Positions 38,728-48,302 of a stretch of DNA of 64,000 nt are shown here, one piece after another. The notes below the pieces were generated by a model, which saw only the letters and a list, made by a program, of their open reading frames with translations, was not told the DNA's origin and searched no databases. This DNA is from an uncultured Candidatus Rokubacteria bacterium (GTDB lineage: Bacteria; Methylomirabilota; Methylomirabilia; Rokubacteriales; CSP1-6): assembly GCA_963771355.1 (NCBI GenBank), contig CAVYTA010000004.1, forward strand, positions 64,001 to 128,000, read 5' to 3'. Each line of letters opens with the position of its first letter. Positions within the stretch are counted from its first letter, which is position 1. Both the position numbers and the translations under genes were made by a program.

Positions 38728-39519
38728 TCACATCTCCATGAGGCGCATCACGCGGTAGGACTCGGCGGCGGCGAGCTTGCGCTTCCGGCCCTGCTCGCGC
38801 GCCCACTCCGTGATCATCTCCGCGGGATCCCACTCGCCCATCTGGGTCTTGTGCTCGCGCAGGGCGGCGAGCTTCAGGGGCAGGAATTCCCCGATGTCCA
38901 CCCAGGTGTCCGGCCGGTCCGCGCCGTGGATCCACACCGACTCCACGTGATGCGGCTCCAGCCCCTCGTCGAGCAGCTCGGGGAAGATGAGGCGCGTCTG
39001 GGCGGAGGGGAACACCGCATCCAGGGCCGCGTCCGCCGCCGCGCGATGGTCCGGGTGATTGAGATAGACGTTGCCGTAGTAGCGCACGGTGGGGTCGCCG
39101 CAGACCACCACCGTCGGCTTGTGGATACGGATCAGCCGCGTGAGCGCGCGGCGGAGCGGAATGGACGGCTCGAGCATCCCGTCCTCGTACCCCATGAAGA
39201 ACACCTCGGGGATTCCGAGCACGCGGCAGGCCTCACGCTGCTCGGTCTCTCTGATCGCGGTCAATGCGGTCCGCGTCATCTCCTTCGGGGTCCACTGGTT
39301 CGAGCCGGCGCCGCCGCTGGTGATGCACACCGTGACGATGCGGCTCCCCGCCTTCGCCCACTTGGCCAGGGTGCCGCCGATGGTGAACTCCTGGTCGTCC
39401 GGGTGGGCGTGGATGGACATCACCCGCTCGGGGGCGGCGGGCTCCGGCGCGTCGGCGGACCGGGGGCCGCCGCGCTCGGGGATGCCGGGGGTGAGGCTGT
39501 CGCCGTCGGTCTCGCTCAT
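38728..39519 (-). CDS. PIG-L/LmbE family deacetylase
   Basis: AHPDDQE, HPDH. Confidence 0.92.
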   Translation of the reverse strand: MSETDGDSLTPGIPERGGPRSADAPEPAAPERVMSIHAHPDDQEFTIGGTLAKWAKAGSRIVTVCITSGGAGSNQWTPKEMTRTALTAIRETEQREACRVLGIPEVFFMGYEDGMLEPSIPLRRALTRLIRIHKPTVVVCGDPTVRYYGNVYLNHPDHRAAADAALDAVFPSAQTRLIFPELLDEGLEPHHVESVWIHGADRPDTWVDIGEFLPLKLAALREHKTQMGEWDPAEMITEWAREQGRKRKLAAAESYRVMRLMEM

Positions 39520-39573
39520 GTCGGGTCGCCGTCGCAGTGTACCACCGCGCTTGTGCTAGGCTAGTTGTCAGCC

Positions 39574-40656
39574 ATGGCACGGAAGAAAGCGGCGGTGATC
39601 GGGGCGACGGGGATCGCGGGGCAGCAGTTCCTGGCCGCGCTCGCGGGCCATCCCCTCTTCGAGGTGACGGCGCTGGCAGCCTCCGAGCGCTCGGCGGGCA
39701 AGGTCTATCGCGACGCCATCACCGACGCGAGCGGCGCCTTCCGTTGGTACTGCGCGGAGCCGCTCGACCCGGCCTTTGCCGGCCTTGTGGTCCAGGACGC
39801 CGCCAAGCTCGACGCCACCTCGGTGGACGTGGTCTTCACCGCGGTGGAGTCGGATGCGGCGAAGGAGCTGGAGCCGCGCTACGCCAAGACCACCCCCGTG
39901 ATCTCGACGGCCTCCGCCTTCCGCTACGAGGACGATGTGCCCATCTTCATCCCCGGCGTCAATCTCGACCATGATCGGCTCATCGCGGTGCAGAAGCGGC
40001 GGCGCGGCTGGACGGGCTTCGTCACCCCGGTGCCCAACTGCACCACCATGGGCCTGGCCATGACGCTCAAGCCGCTCCACGACGCCTTCGGGATACGCCA
40101 GGTGATCATGACGTCGCTGCAGTCCGTGTCCGGCGCGGGCCGCTCGCCGGGTGTGCTGACGCTCGACGTCATGGACAACGTGATTCCTTATATCCCCAAG
40201 GAAGAAGAGAAGGTCGAGGCCGAAACCCGGAAGATCCTGGGCGTGGTGGAAGGCGACACCGTACGCCCGGCGGCCTTCCGCGTCTCTGCCACCTGCACTC
40301 GCGTGCCGGTGCTCGAGGGGCATACGGAGACGGTGAACGTCGCCTTCGACCGCGCGGCGACCCCGGACGACGTCAAGCGGGCTTTCCGGGGGCATGGGAA
40401 GGACTTCCTTGCCCTGGGCCTTCCCTCCGCGCCGTCGGCCCTCATCGACGTGAGCGAGGATCCGTTCCGACCGCAGCCGCGGCTGGACCGCGACCGCGAG
40501 CAGGGCATGCTGACCTCGGTCGGCCGCGTGCGCGTGGATCCGGCGCTGCCCAATGGCATCAAGTACGTGCTGGTGAGCCACAACACCAAGATGGGCGCCG
40601 CCCGCGGCGGTCTCCTGGTGGCCGAGTACCTCGCCCACCGCGGCTACATCTATTAA
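39574..40656 (+). CDS. asd: Aspartate-semialdehyde dehydrogenase (archaeal/fungal-like subtype)
   Basis: GATGIAGQ, ASERSAGK, PNCTT, SGAG, RVPVLEGH, SHNT..GAA. Confidence 0.9.
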   Translation: MARKKAAVIGATGIAGQQFLAALAGHPLFEVTALAASERSAGKVYRDAITDASGAFRWYCAEPLDPAFAGLVVQDAAKLDATSVDVVFTAVESDAAKELEPRYAKTTPVISTASAFRYEDDVPIFIPGVNLDHDRLIAVQKRRRGWTGFVTPVPNCTTMGLAMTLKPLHDAFGIRQVIMTSLQSVSGAGRSPGVLTLDVMDNVIPYIPKEEEKVEAETRKILGVVEGDTVRPAAFRVSATCTRVPVLEGHTETVNVAFDRAATPDDVKRAFRGHGKDFLALGLPSAPSALIDVSEDPFRPQPRLDRDREQGMLTSVGRVRVDPALPNGIKYVLVSHNTKMGAARGGLLVAEYLAHRGYIY

Positions 40657-40757
40657 TTTCAAATCTGCGCCGTTTTTAGAAGCTAAGCCGCGGTAAAGCG
40701 GCTCCACACGACCTTGGCCCCAGTCCGAGCAACAAGGCTCGACCGAGGAGAATCAAC

Positions 40758-41498
40758 ATGCGCAATCCGGAGCGTCTCGGCCGCCGAGCATTCCTCAAAG
40801 CCGCGGGCGTAACCGGCGCGGTCGCCCTCGTTGGCTCCGCGCTCCCGGGCCGAATTGCCTGGGCCGCCGCACTGACCAAGGCTCAGCGCGACAAGATGAC
40901 GCCGGACGAGATCATCCAGCTCATGAAGAAAGGCAATCAGCGCTTCCGAATGGGGCAGAAGACAACGCAGGACTACTTGGGTCAGCAGAGAGCGAGCGCG
41001 AAGGGACAGTATCCGGCCGCGGTGCTCCTGAGCTGCATCGACTCCCGCGCGCCGGCCGAGACGATCATGGACCTCGGCATCGGCGACGTGTTCAACACCC
41101 GCGTGGCCGGCAACGTCGCCAACGACGACATTCTCGGTAGCATGGAGTTCGCCTGCAAGATATCCGGCGCGAAGGTCGTGCTGGTGATGGGCCACACCGC
41201 GTGCGGCGCGATCAAGGGGGCCATCGACCGGGTCCAGCTCGGCAACCTCACCGGCCTGCTCGCCAAGATCCAGCCGGCGGTGGATGCCACCGCGTATCAA
41301 GGCGAGCGCTCCGCGAAGAACTACGGCTTCGTCGACGCCGTGGCGCGAAAGAATGTCGAGCTCACCATGGCCGAGATCCACAGCCGTAGTGCCGTCATCG
41401 CGGCGCTCGAGACCACGGGCGCCGTTAAAATCGCCGGGGCGATGTACAACCTGGAAACGGCGGCGGTCGATTTCCTGCCCTTCACGCCCAGCCGATAG
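40758..41498 (+). CDS. Beta-class carbonic anhydrase with Tat signal
   Basis: RRAFLK; CIDSR; RVAGN; GHTACGA. Confidence 0.92.
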   Translation: MRNPERLGRRAFLKAAGVTGAVALVGSALPGRIAWAAALTKAQRDKMTPDEIIQLMKKGNQRFRMGQKTTQDYLGQQRASAKGQYPAAVLLSCIDSRAPAETIMDLGIGDVFNTRVAGNVANDDILGSMEFACKISGAKVVLVMGHTACGAIKGAIDRVQLGNLTGLLAKIQPAVDATAYQGERSAKNYGFVDAVARKNVELTMAEIHSRSAVIAALETTGAVKIAGAMYNLETAAVDFLPFTPSR

Positions 41499-41857
41499 GC
41501 CCGCGATCAGGAGGAAGGGTCAGCGCGTGGCAGCGGTACCAGCGCATGGCCGACTACGAGGTCGTCTTCCAGGCGCGGGATGACGGGCGCGAGGTCACCG
41601 TGCCCTCGTTTGGGGCTAGCAGACTCGGCGCCCGGGGAACCCATACCGCGGCTCTCGTTCACCCTGGGTGCCTACCCTCTCACGACCGCTAGTCTCCGAA
41701 GGCACTCCAGCTAGCCTCGGCAGCCCAGACTAGGGTATCCGACCACGTCTTGAACTCGATCTGAAACGATCCCGTCTGAAGTGATCATGAGCACCCGGGC
41801 GGCCCGCGTTCTCCGTCGGTCGTGCCGGCGGCGGGCCTGGCCGCGAGGAACGCCGGG

Positions 41858-42454
41858 TCAGCGGGCGGGGTCGCCGGGCGGCAGCACCTCGTTGAAGACC
41901 GGGCGTGTCTTCCACTCGGGAATGGGCGGCGTATGCCCCTCGCAGGGCGCGTACTCCGAGGTTTCGACCTGCTGCATCTTGTGTATGTAGCGCGGGCAAT
42001 TGGGGAAGATGGCCTCCGCGCGCACGCGCACGACGAGCTGCGCCCCCACGAAGTCGGCGAGAAGCGGATCGTTCTCGCGCCACTCCGCGCGGCCGTTCAC
42101 CCGCAGTCGGCTCGGGCGCTCGAAGTCGATGAAGAGCATGCCGACCTGAGGATTCACCACGAGATTGCCCAGGCTCTTGAACATGCCGTTGCCGTCATAG
42201 CTCGGGAAGGCGAGGGTGTGCGGATCCAGCACGCGGACGAAGCCGGGCCGGCCGCCCTTGTACGAGCAGTCCGGCCGGCCCTCGGCATCGGCGGTGGCGA
42301 GGAAGAACATCGGCCGGCTCTCGATGAACTCGCGATCCTTGTCGGTGAAGGCCGTATGCGCCACCACTTCCACCAGGCGGTCGGCGAGTCGGCGGGTGGC
42401 GTAGCGGTCCTGAAGGCCCCGCGAGCCCTCGTGATACATGGGGATGTCGGTCAT
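41858..42454 (-). CDS. Pyridoxamine 5'-phosphate oxidase-like flavin-binding protein
   Basis: CSYKGG, YDGNGMF.SLGN, NCPRYIH; GAGGAGG SD. Confidence 0.88.
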   Translation of the reverse strand: MTDIPMYHEGSRGLQDRYATRRLADRLVEVVAHTAFTDKDREFIESRPMFFLATADAEGRPDCSYKGGRPGFVRVLDPHTLAFPSYDGNGMFKSLGNLVVNPQVGMLFIDFERPSRLRVNGRAEWRENDPLLADFVGAQLVVRVRAEAIFPNCPRYIHKMQQVETSEYAPCEGHTPPIPEWKTRPVFNEVLPPGDPAR

Positions 42455-42483
42455 GTCACCCTCCTCGCTCGGTTTGCGGAGGC

Positions 42484-43269
42484 TCAGCCGACGAAGACCC
42501 CGCCCGATGGATGCAGGAGCTCGCCGGTGAAGAACGACGCGTCGTCGGAGGCCAGGAACAGCGCGGTGGCCGCGACCTCTTCCGGTGTCCCGTAGCGGCC
42601 CATGGGCGTGAGCTTCATGGCCCACTCCGAGCGCGCGGCGTCACCGCGCAGCGCCGCCGTCATGGGCGTCTCGATGAAGCCGGGCCCGATGGCGTTGACC
42701 CGGATGCCGTGGGGCGCCAGGTCCTGGGCCAGGCACTTGGTGAGCATCCAGACGCCGGCCTTGCTCACGCTGTAGGCGGCGCCGGACGACGGCATGCGCG
42801 ACATGATGGAGGCAAGATTGATGAGGCTGCCGCCGCGCCGCTTCTGCGCCACCATCCAGCGCGCCACCGCGCGGTTCCCGTGGAGCACGCCCCAGAGATT
42901 GACGTCCAGCACCATACGGAAATCGGCGGTGGGGATGCTCAGCACATTGTGGGGGCGGGCGGAGTCGGGATCGGGGCGCGGGCTGCCGATGCCCGCCGCC
43001 GCCACCAGGATGTCCACGCCGCCGAACGCCTCGACGCAGCGCCGGACCATGGCGTCGTTGGCCGCCTCGTCGGTGGTGTCCACCGCCACCGCGATCGCGC
43101 GCCGGCCGTCGCCGTCGATCTTTCGCGCGGTGTCGGTGGCCGCGGCCAGGTCGCGGTCGGCCACGCAGATCTTGGCGCCTTCCTGGGCGAATCGCACCGC
43201 GCAGGCGCGTCCGATGCCGCTGGCGCCGCCGGTGATGAGCGCGACCTTTTCCGCGAGCCGTCCGGGCAT
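42484..43269 (-). CDS. SDR family oxidoreductase
   Basis: TGGASGIG, YSVSK, NAIGPG. Confidence 0.92.
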   Translation of the reverse strand: MPGRLAEKVALITGGASGIGRACAVRFAQEGAKICVADRDLAAATDTARKIDGDGRRAIAVAVDTTDEAANDAMVRRCVEAFGGVDILVAAAGIGSPRPDPDSARPHNVLSIPTADFRMVLDVNLWGVLHGNRAVARWMVAQKRRGGSLINLASIMSRMPSSGAAYSVSKAGVWMLTKCLAQDLAPHGIRVNAIGPGFIETPMTAALRGDAARSEWAMKLTPMGRYGTPEEVAATALFLASDDASFFTGELLHPSGGVFVG

Positions 43270-43296
43270 GAGCGTCTCCTCTGGTGACCTTCGCGC

Positions 43297-44580
43297 CTAG
43301 TGACCTTCGCGGGGGGGCGGGGAGTCTTCGGAACCGCGGCCGCCGGCGCCCCCGACGCCGAGCGCCACCTCCCAGGCCTGCTGGGTGGCGATGTCCTGGG
43401 TCCACGGGCGCATCACGGCGCCGGCCCGCGCGTCGCGCGCGAACCGCTCCAGCGGATAGCGCTTGAGCAGCGCGCGCCCGCCGCAGATCCGGATGGCTTC
43501 CTGGGTGAGGGTGACCACGGAGCGTTGCACGGTGACGTGCGCGGCGCGCGCGCGCTGCACCGCCGCCACCGGCGCGTCGACCTGAGCCTCGGCGATGGCG
43601 TGGTAGTAGAGCGCCCGCGCGGCCTCGAGGGTGAAGAGCATCTCCGCCACCGCCTGCCCCTTGGTGGCGGCCTCGGTCTGGAGGCCCGGCGCCCCGGGGA
43701 TCTTCCCGGTGAGATAGGCCACCGTGAAGTCCCACGAGGCCTGCATGATCCCGAGGAAGGTCGCGGAGAAGGTCAAGGGGGAGAGATGCGGGAAGGCATT
43801 GTACATGGCGCCGAAGAGGCCGGCCGGCAACACATCGCCTTCATCCGGGACGAAAACGTCCTTGAGAACCATGTCCAGGCTGACCGTGCCCCGCATGCCC
43901 ATGGGGTCCCACTCGCCCGGAAAGCTCACCCCGGGCGCGTCCTTCGGCACCTTGAGATAGAGCGTGCGCTCGATCCAGGGCTCGTCGCCAAGCCGGATGG
44001 CCGGCGTGGCGAAGTAGGGCGCGGCGCCCGCGAGAGAGACGAAGAATTTCCGGCCGTTCACCACATAACCGCCGTCCACCTTGCGAGCGGTGGTCCCGAA
44101 GCGCCGCCCGCCCATGGTCAGCGCGGTATCGGTTTGCCCCTGCTCGACCGGCTCACTATGCGGCTGGCCGTAGTAGACGCCGTCCTGCACCACTTCCCGG
44201 AACTTCTCGGCCCGGAGCTTCTCGTGGCGCTCCCGCGTCCGCTCGGGCATGGGCATGGCGTCGGCGATGACCCCCATCATCAGCATGGTCAGGCAGTGCA
44301 TGTTGAAGGTCAGTGAGGTCGAGGCATTGCCCTGGGCAATCTGCTCCGCAACGAGGCAGTAGGTCTCGTAGGACGCCCCGAGCCCGCCGAACCGCTCGGG
44401 CACACAGAGCCCCAGAAGCCCCGCCGCCCGCAAGTCCGCGTAATCATCGAAGGGGAAGGAGGCCTCCCGGTCATGACGGTCGGCGCGGGGCGCGAACCGC
44501 TCCCGGGCGAGGCCCCGGGCGAGCGCGATGAGCTCCTGCTGGCGGGGAGAGGAACGTACGTCCACGCGACCCGATACCAT
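43297..44580 (-). CDS. Acyl-CoA dehydrogenase family protein
   Basis: HDREASFP, NGRKFF, WDPMGMRGT, LERFARDARAG. Confidence 0.88.
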   Translation of the reverse strand: MVSGRVDVRSSPRQQELIALARGLARERFAPRADRHDREASFPFDDYADLRAAGLLGLCVPERFGGLGASYETYCLVAEQIAQGNASTSLTFNMHCLTMLMMGVIADAMPMPERTRERHEKLRAEKFREVVQDGVYYGQPHSEPVEQGQTDTALTMGGRRFGTTARKVDGGYVVNGRKFFVSLAGAAPYFATPAIRLGDEPWIERTLYLKVPKDAPGVSFPGEWDPMGMRGTVSLDMVLKDVFVPDEGDVLPAGLFGAMYNAFPHLSPLTFSATFLGIMQASWDFTVAYLTGKIPGAPGLQTEAATKGQAVAEMLFTLEAARALYYHAIAEAQVDAPVAAVQRARAAHVTVQRSVVTLTQEAIRICGGRALLKRYPLERFARDARAGAVMRPWTQDIATQQAWEVALGVGGAGGRGSEDSPPPREGH

Positions 44581-44632
44581 CCCGGCCGCGGCCCTGTCAA
44601 GGAAGCGTCGCGGGGAGCACGTCCACTGGGCT

Positions 44633-46234
44633 TCAATCGTCCAGTGAGATCTCTCCGAGACCGATGCGAATGGCCTCCACGTCGAGCTCCCCTTCCAGCC
44701 GGTGCAGGACCTCGTCGCTCACCACGCCCTCGTCGCGGAGCGCAATGAGCGCCCGCCGCTCGGCGGTGAGGGTCTCATGTCGGAGCCGGCGATAGGCGGC
44801 GCGACCGACGGCGTTGCCATCGTCCATCGAGAGTGAGGAGGCGCGCTGAAGCCGCTGGCCGTAGAGAGCCTTGAGGCGCTCGACATCCTCCCGGCGTGAA
44901 GCCGTGTCCCGTGCCAGCTCCTCCAGCCGCGTGAGCGCGGCCCGCGCCGCCGCCTCGCGCGCCCAGGCTTCTTCCAGATCCAGCGTCTCGTCCTCGGCCA
45001 GCCGCAGCCGGCGGATGAGGGGGGTCAAGGTCAGCCCCTGCAGCACCAGCGTCGAGAGAATCACCCCGAAGGTGAAGAGGATGATCTCGTCGCGGAAGGG
45101 GAAGCGCGCGCCGCCCGCGATCGTCACCGGCAGCGCGAGAGCGGCCGCGAGCGAGACGACGCCCCGCATCCCGATCCACGAAACCAGCAGGATATACGGC
45201 CACGGCGGAATGGGATCGCGGCGCCGCAATGCGGGACTCAGGAGTCGTGGGATCACCGTGATGAGAGGGACCCAGACCAGCCGAACCCCGATGGCGGCGG
45301 CGCTGATGAGGGCGCCCTGCCAGAGCAAGGTGCGCGGCGAGCCGGGCAGCCCGGCCTCGCGGATCGCCCCGAGCTGAAGTCCGATGAGGATGAAGATGAG
45401 CCCATTGAGGATGAAGAGGAGCAGATCCCAGACCGCGCGGGCCTGCACGCGGGTGATGGGTGAGATCTGCGCGCTGAAACCCTGCCGGACATAGAGTCCA
45501 CCCGCCACGCAGGCGAGAACCGCGGAGGTGTGAAAGCGCTCGGCCAGGATCCAGGCCACGTAGGGTGCCAGCAGAGTGATCGCAATCTGGGGCAGGCTCT
45601 CGCCGACCAATCGCGCCGCGCGCGCACCGAGAAATCCCACCACGAGGCCGATGATCGTCCCTCCTGCCGCGGCGAGGACGAACTGCCACACGGTATCCGT
45701 GGCCACGAAGACACCCGTCACCGTGGCGGCGATCGCCACGCGATACAGGATCAGGGCCGCAGCGTCGTTGACCAGGCTCTCGCCCTCGAGGATGGTGACG
45801 AGTCGATAGGGGATGCGGAGCTTCCGGGCGATGCTGGTGGCGGCAACGGCGTCGGGTGGTGAGACGATGGCGCCCAGCGCGAAGGCCACCGGCCAGCTCA
45901 TGCCCGGGATGACCGCCCTCGCCACCACCGCCACGGCGGCGGTGGTGACCACGACCAGTCCCACCGCGAGGAGGGTGATAGGACGGAGATTGAGGCGGAA
46001 ATCGCGCAGGGAGGTGAAATACGCCGCCGACCACAGGATGGGCGGCAGGAAGATCAGGAACACGATTTCCGGGTCGAGGGGCACGACGGGTAGCCGGGGG
46101 ACGAAGCTGAGCGCGAGCCCGCCCAGCACGAGGAAGATCGGATCCGGAATCAGGATGCGGCGGGCGAGCGCGGTGCAGACGAGAACCGCGACCAGCAACA
46201 GGACGAGCGTATCGAGAGAGTAAAAGCTCTCCAT
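44633..46234 (-). CDS. Na+/H+ antiporter (CPA1, YjcE-like)
   Basis: FLPPIL, SPPDAVA, GESLVNDA, GMRGVVSLAAAL. Confidence 0.93.
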   Translation of the reverse strand: MESFYSLDTLVLLLVAVLVCTALARRILIPDPIFLVLGGLALSFVPRLPVVPLDPEIVFLIFLPPILWSAAYFTSLRDFRLNLRPITLLAVGLVVVTTAAVAVVARAVIPGMSWPVAFALGAIVSPPDAVAATSIARKLRIPYRLVTILEGESLVNDAAALILYRVAIAATVTGVFVATDTVWQFVLAAAGGTIIGLVVGFLGARAARLVGESLPQIAITLLAPYVAWILAERFHTSAVLACVAGGLYVRQGFSAQISPITRVQARAVWDLLLFILNGLIFILIGLQLGAIREAGLPGSPRTLLWQGALISAAAIGVRLVWVPLITVIPRLLSPALRRRDPIPPWPYILLVSWIGMRGVVSLAAALALPVTIAGGARFPFRDEIILFTFGVILSTLVLQGLTLTPLIRRLRLAEDETLDLEEAWAREAAARAALTRLEELARDTASRREDVERLKALYGQRLQRASSLSMDDGNAVGRAAYRRLRHETLTAERRALIALRDEGVVSDEVLHRLEGELDVEAIRIGLGEISLDD

Positions 46235-46477
46235 CGGGCCAGTATAGTGGACCGGAGACCCTTGATCCGCGCGACCACCCGCCGACCCCACCGGCAGCGA
46301 ATCGTTGTAAAGGTCGAAGACGGGTTGAGCAGGACCTACCGAGTCGTTCCTACGCTCCGCATTATCGCTGGCGCCTTCCCGAACGACCTGCCGGGCCGGT
46401 AAAGATCGCCTGGCACGCTCATGCCACGGGTCGCGCCCTTCGTCGGAACTCCGCATGAAATCGAGACTCAAGATGGA

Positions 46478-46493
46478 CGGCATTCGGCTTGCT
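46478..46493 (+). promoter_or_regulatory. Candidate sigma54 promoter
   Basis: CGGCATTCGGCTTGCT (GG-N10-GC), about 48 nt before the GGAGG-TTG start. Confidence 0.5.
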
Positions 46494-46540
46494 TGGAATC
46501 GAAGGGAAAGCGGAGCTACGAGTCGACCAGGGAGGCGGCA

Positions 46541-48283
46541 TTGACGGTGGAACGAGTACCGCGCGGCCGCGCCGCGCGTGCGGCCGCGCGACCGACGCCG
46601 GCGATCAGCGATCTCTGGTACAAGAACGCGGTCATCTACTGCCTTTCCGTCGGTACCTTCATGGACGCCAACGGAGACGGAGTCGGGGACTTCCAGGGGC
46701 TCATGCGCCGCCTGGACTACCTCCACGGGCTCGGCGTCACCGCGATCTGGCTCATGCCGTTCCAGACCTCGCCCTGCTGCGACGACGGCTACGATGTGTC
46801 CGACTACTACGGCGTGAATCCCGCGTACGGGACACTGGGCGACTTCGTCGAGTTCACCCACGGCGCCAAGCAGCGGGGGATTCGCGTCATCATCGACCTG
46901 GTGGTCAATCACACCTCCGATCAGCATCCGTGGTTTCAGGAGGCGCGCCGCGATCCCAAGTCCCGGTACCGCGACTGGTACGTCTGGTCCGATAAGAAGC
47001 CGGCCAATGCGAACCAGGGCATGGTCTTTCCCGGCGTGCAGAAGTCGACCTGGTCCTATGACAAGGAAGCGCGCGCCTGGTACTTCCACCGCTTCTACGA
47101 CTTCCAGCCGGATCTCAACACCTCGAACCCGCACGTCCAGGCGGAGATCCTCAAGATCATGGGGTTCTGGATCCAGCTCGGGGTCTCCGGGTTCCGGATG
47201 GACGCGGTGCCGTTCCTGATCGCGACCAAGGGCGGGCGCGTCAAGAAGGCGGTGGCGCAACTCGAGATGCTGCGGTCGCTGCGCGCGTTCCTCCAGTGGC
47301 GGGTCGGCGACTCCATCATCCTGGGCGAGGCGAACGTCTCGCCGGAAACCGGCCTGGACTACTTTGGCAAGGACGGCGACCGGATGCACATGATGTTCAA
47401 CTTCCACGTCAATCAGAACCTGTTCTACGCGCTGGCCGCGTCCGACTGCCGCCCGCTCGTCCGCTCGCTGAAGGCCACGGACTACCGCCCGGAGGCGGCG
47501 CAGTGGGGCCTGTTCCTGCGCAACCACGACGAGCTGGACCTGGGCCGGCTGACCGAGGAGCAGCGCCAGCAGGTGTTCAAGGCCTTCGGCCCCGAGGAGA
47601 GCATGCAGCTCTACGGGCGGGGCATCCGGCGCCGGCTCGCCCCCATGCTCAACGGCGATCGGCGGCTCATCGAGCTGGCCTACAGTCTGCTGTTCACGCT
47701 GCCCGGGACGCCGGTCCTCCGCTATGGCGATGAGATCGGCATGGGCGACGACCTGAAGCTGCCGGAGCGCAACTGCGCGCGCACGCCGATGCAGTGGTCG
47801 GCGGAGCCCCAGGGCGGATTCACCACCGCGGACAAGCCCATCCTGCCCGTGATCAGCGAGGGGCCCTACAGCTATCAGCATGTCAACACCGCGGAGCAAC
47901 GGCGGGACCCGAAGTCCTTGCTCAACTGGACCGAGCGTATCGTCCGCATGCGGAAGGAGATCCCGGAGGTCGGCTGGGGCGAGTTCGAGGTCCTGCCGAT
48001 GCGGAGCCCCGCGGTGCTGGCGCTCCGCTATGACTGGCGCAACAACTCGGTAGTGTTCCTGCACAATCTCTCGGACAGCCCGCGGGAGGTGACGTTCTCC
48101 ACCGGGGTGCGCGGCCCGGAAGGCCGGGTGCTGGTGAATCTGCTCAGCGACAACCACAGCTACGCGGCCAAGGACGGCAAGCATCGCCTGCTCCTCGAGG
48201 CGTACGGGTATCGCTGGTACCGGGTCGGCGGCCTCGACTACTTGCTCAAGCGCAGCGAGATCGAGACGCCCGCGCGGGACTGA
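46541..48283 (+). CDS. GH13 trehalose synthase-like (TreS-like) alpha-amylase family enzyme
   Basis: WYKNAVIY, DANGDGVGDF, DLVVNHTS, GFRMDAVP, GEAN, LRNHDE, GIRRRLAP. Confidence 0.88.
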   Translation: MTVERVPRGRAARAAARPTPAISDLWYKNAVIYCLSVGTFMDANGDGVGDFQGLMRRLDYLHGLGVTAIWLMPFQTSPCCDDGYDVSDYYGVNPAYGTLGDFVEFTHGAKQRGIRVIIDLVVNHTSDQHPWFQEARRDPKSRYRDWYVWSDKKPANANQGMVFPGVQKSTWSYDKEARAWYFHRFYDFQPDLNTSNPHVQAEILKIMGFWIQLGVSGFRMDAVPFLIATKGGRVKKAVAQLEMLRSLRAFLQWRVGDSIILGEANVSPETGLDYFGKDGDRMHMMFNFHVNQNLFYALAASDCRPLVRSLKATDYRPEAAQWGLFLRNHDELDLGRLTEEQRQQVFKAFGPEESMQLYGRGIRRRLAPMLNGDRRLIELAYSLLFTLPGTPVLRYGDEIGMGDDLKLPERNCARTPMQWSAEPQGGFTTADKPILPVISEGPYSYQHVNTAEQRRDPKSLLNWTERIVRMRKEIPEVGWGEFEVLPMRSPAVLALRYDWRNNSVVFLHNLSDSPREVTFSTGVRGPEGRVLVNLLSDNHSYAAKDGKHRLLLEAYGYRWYRVGGLDYLLKRSEIETPARD

Positions 48284-48302
48284 GCGGCGACCGGCCGTTC
48301 GC

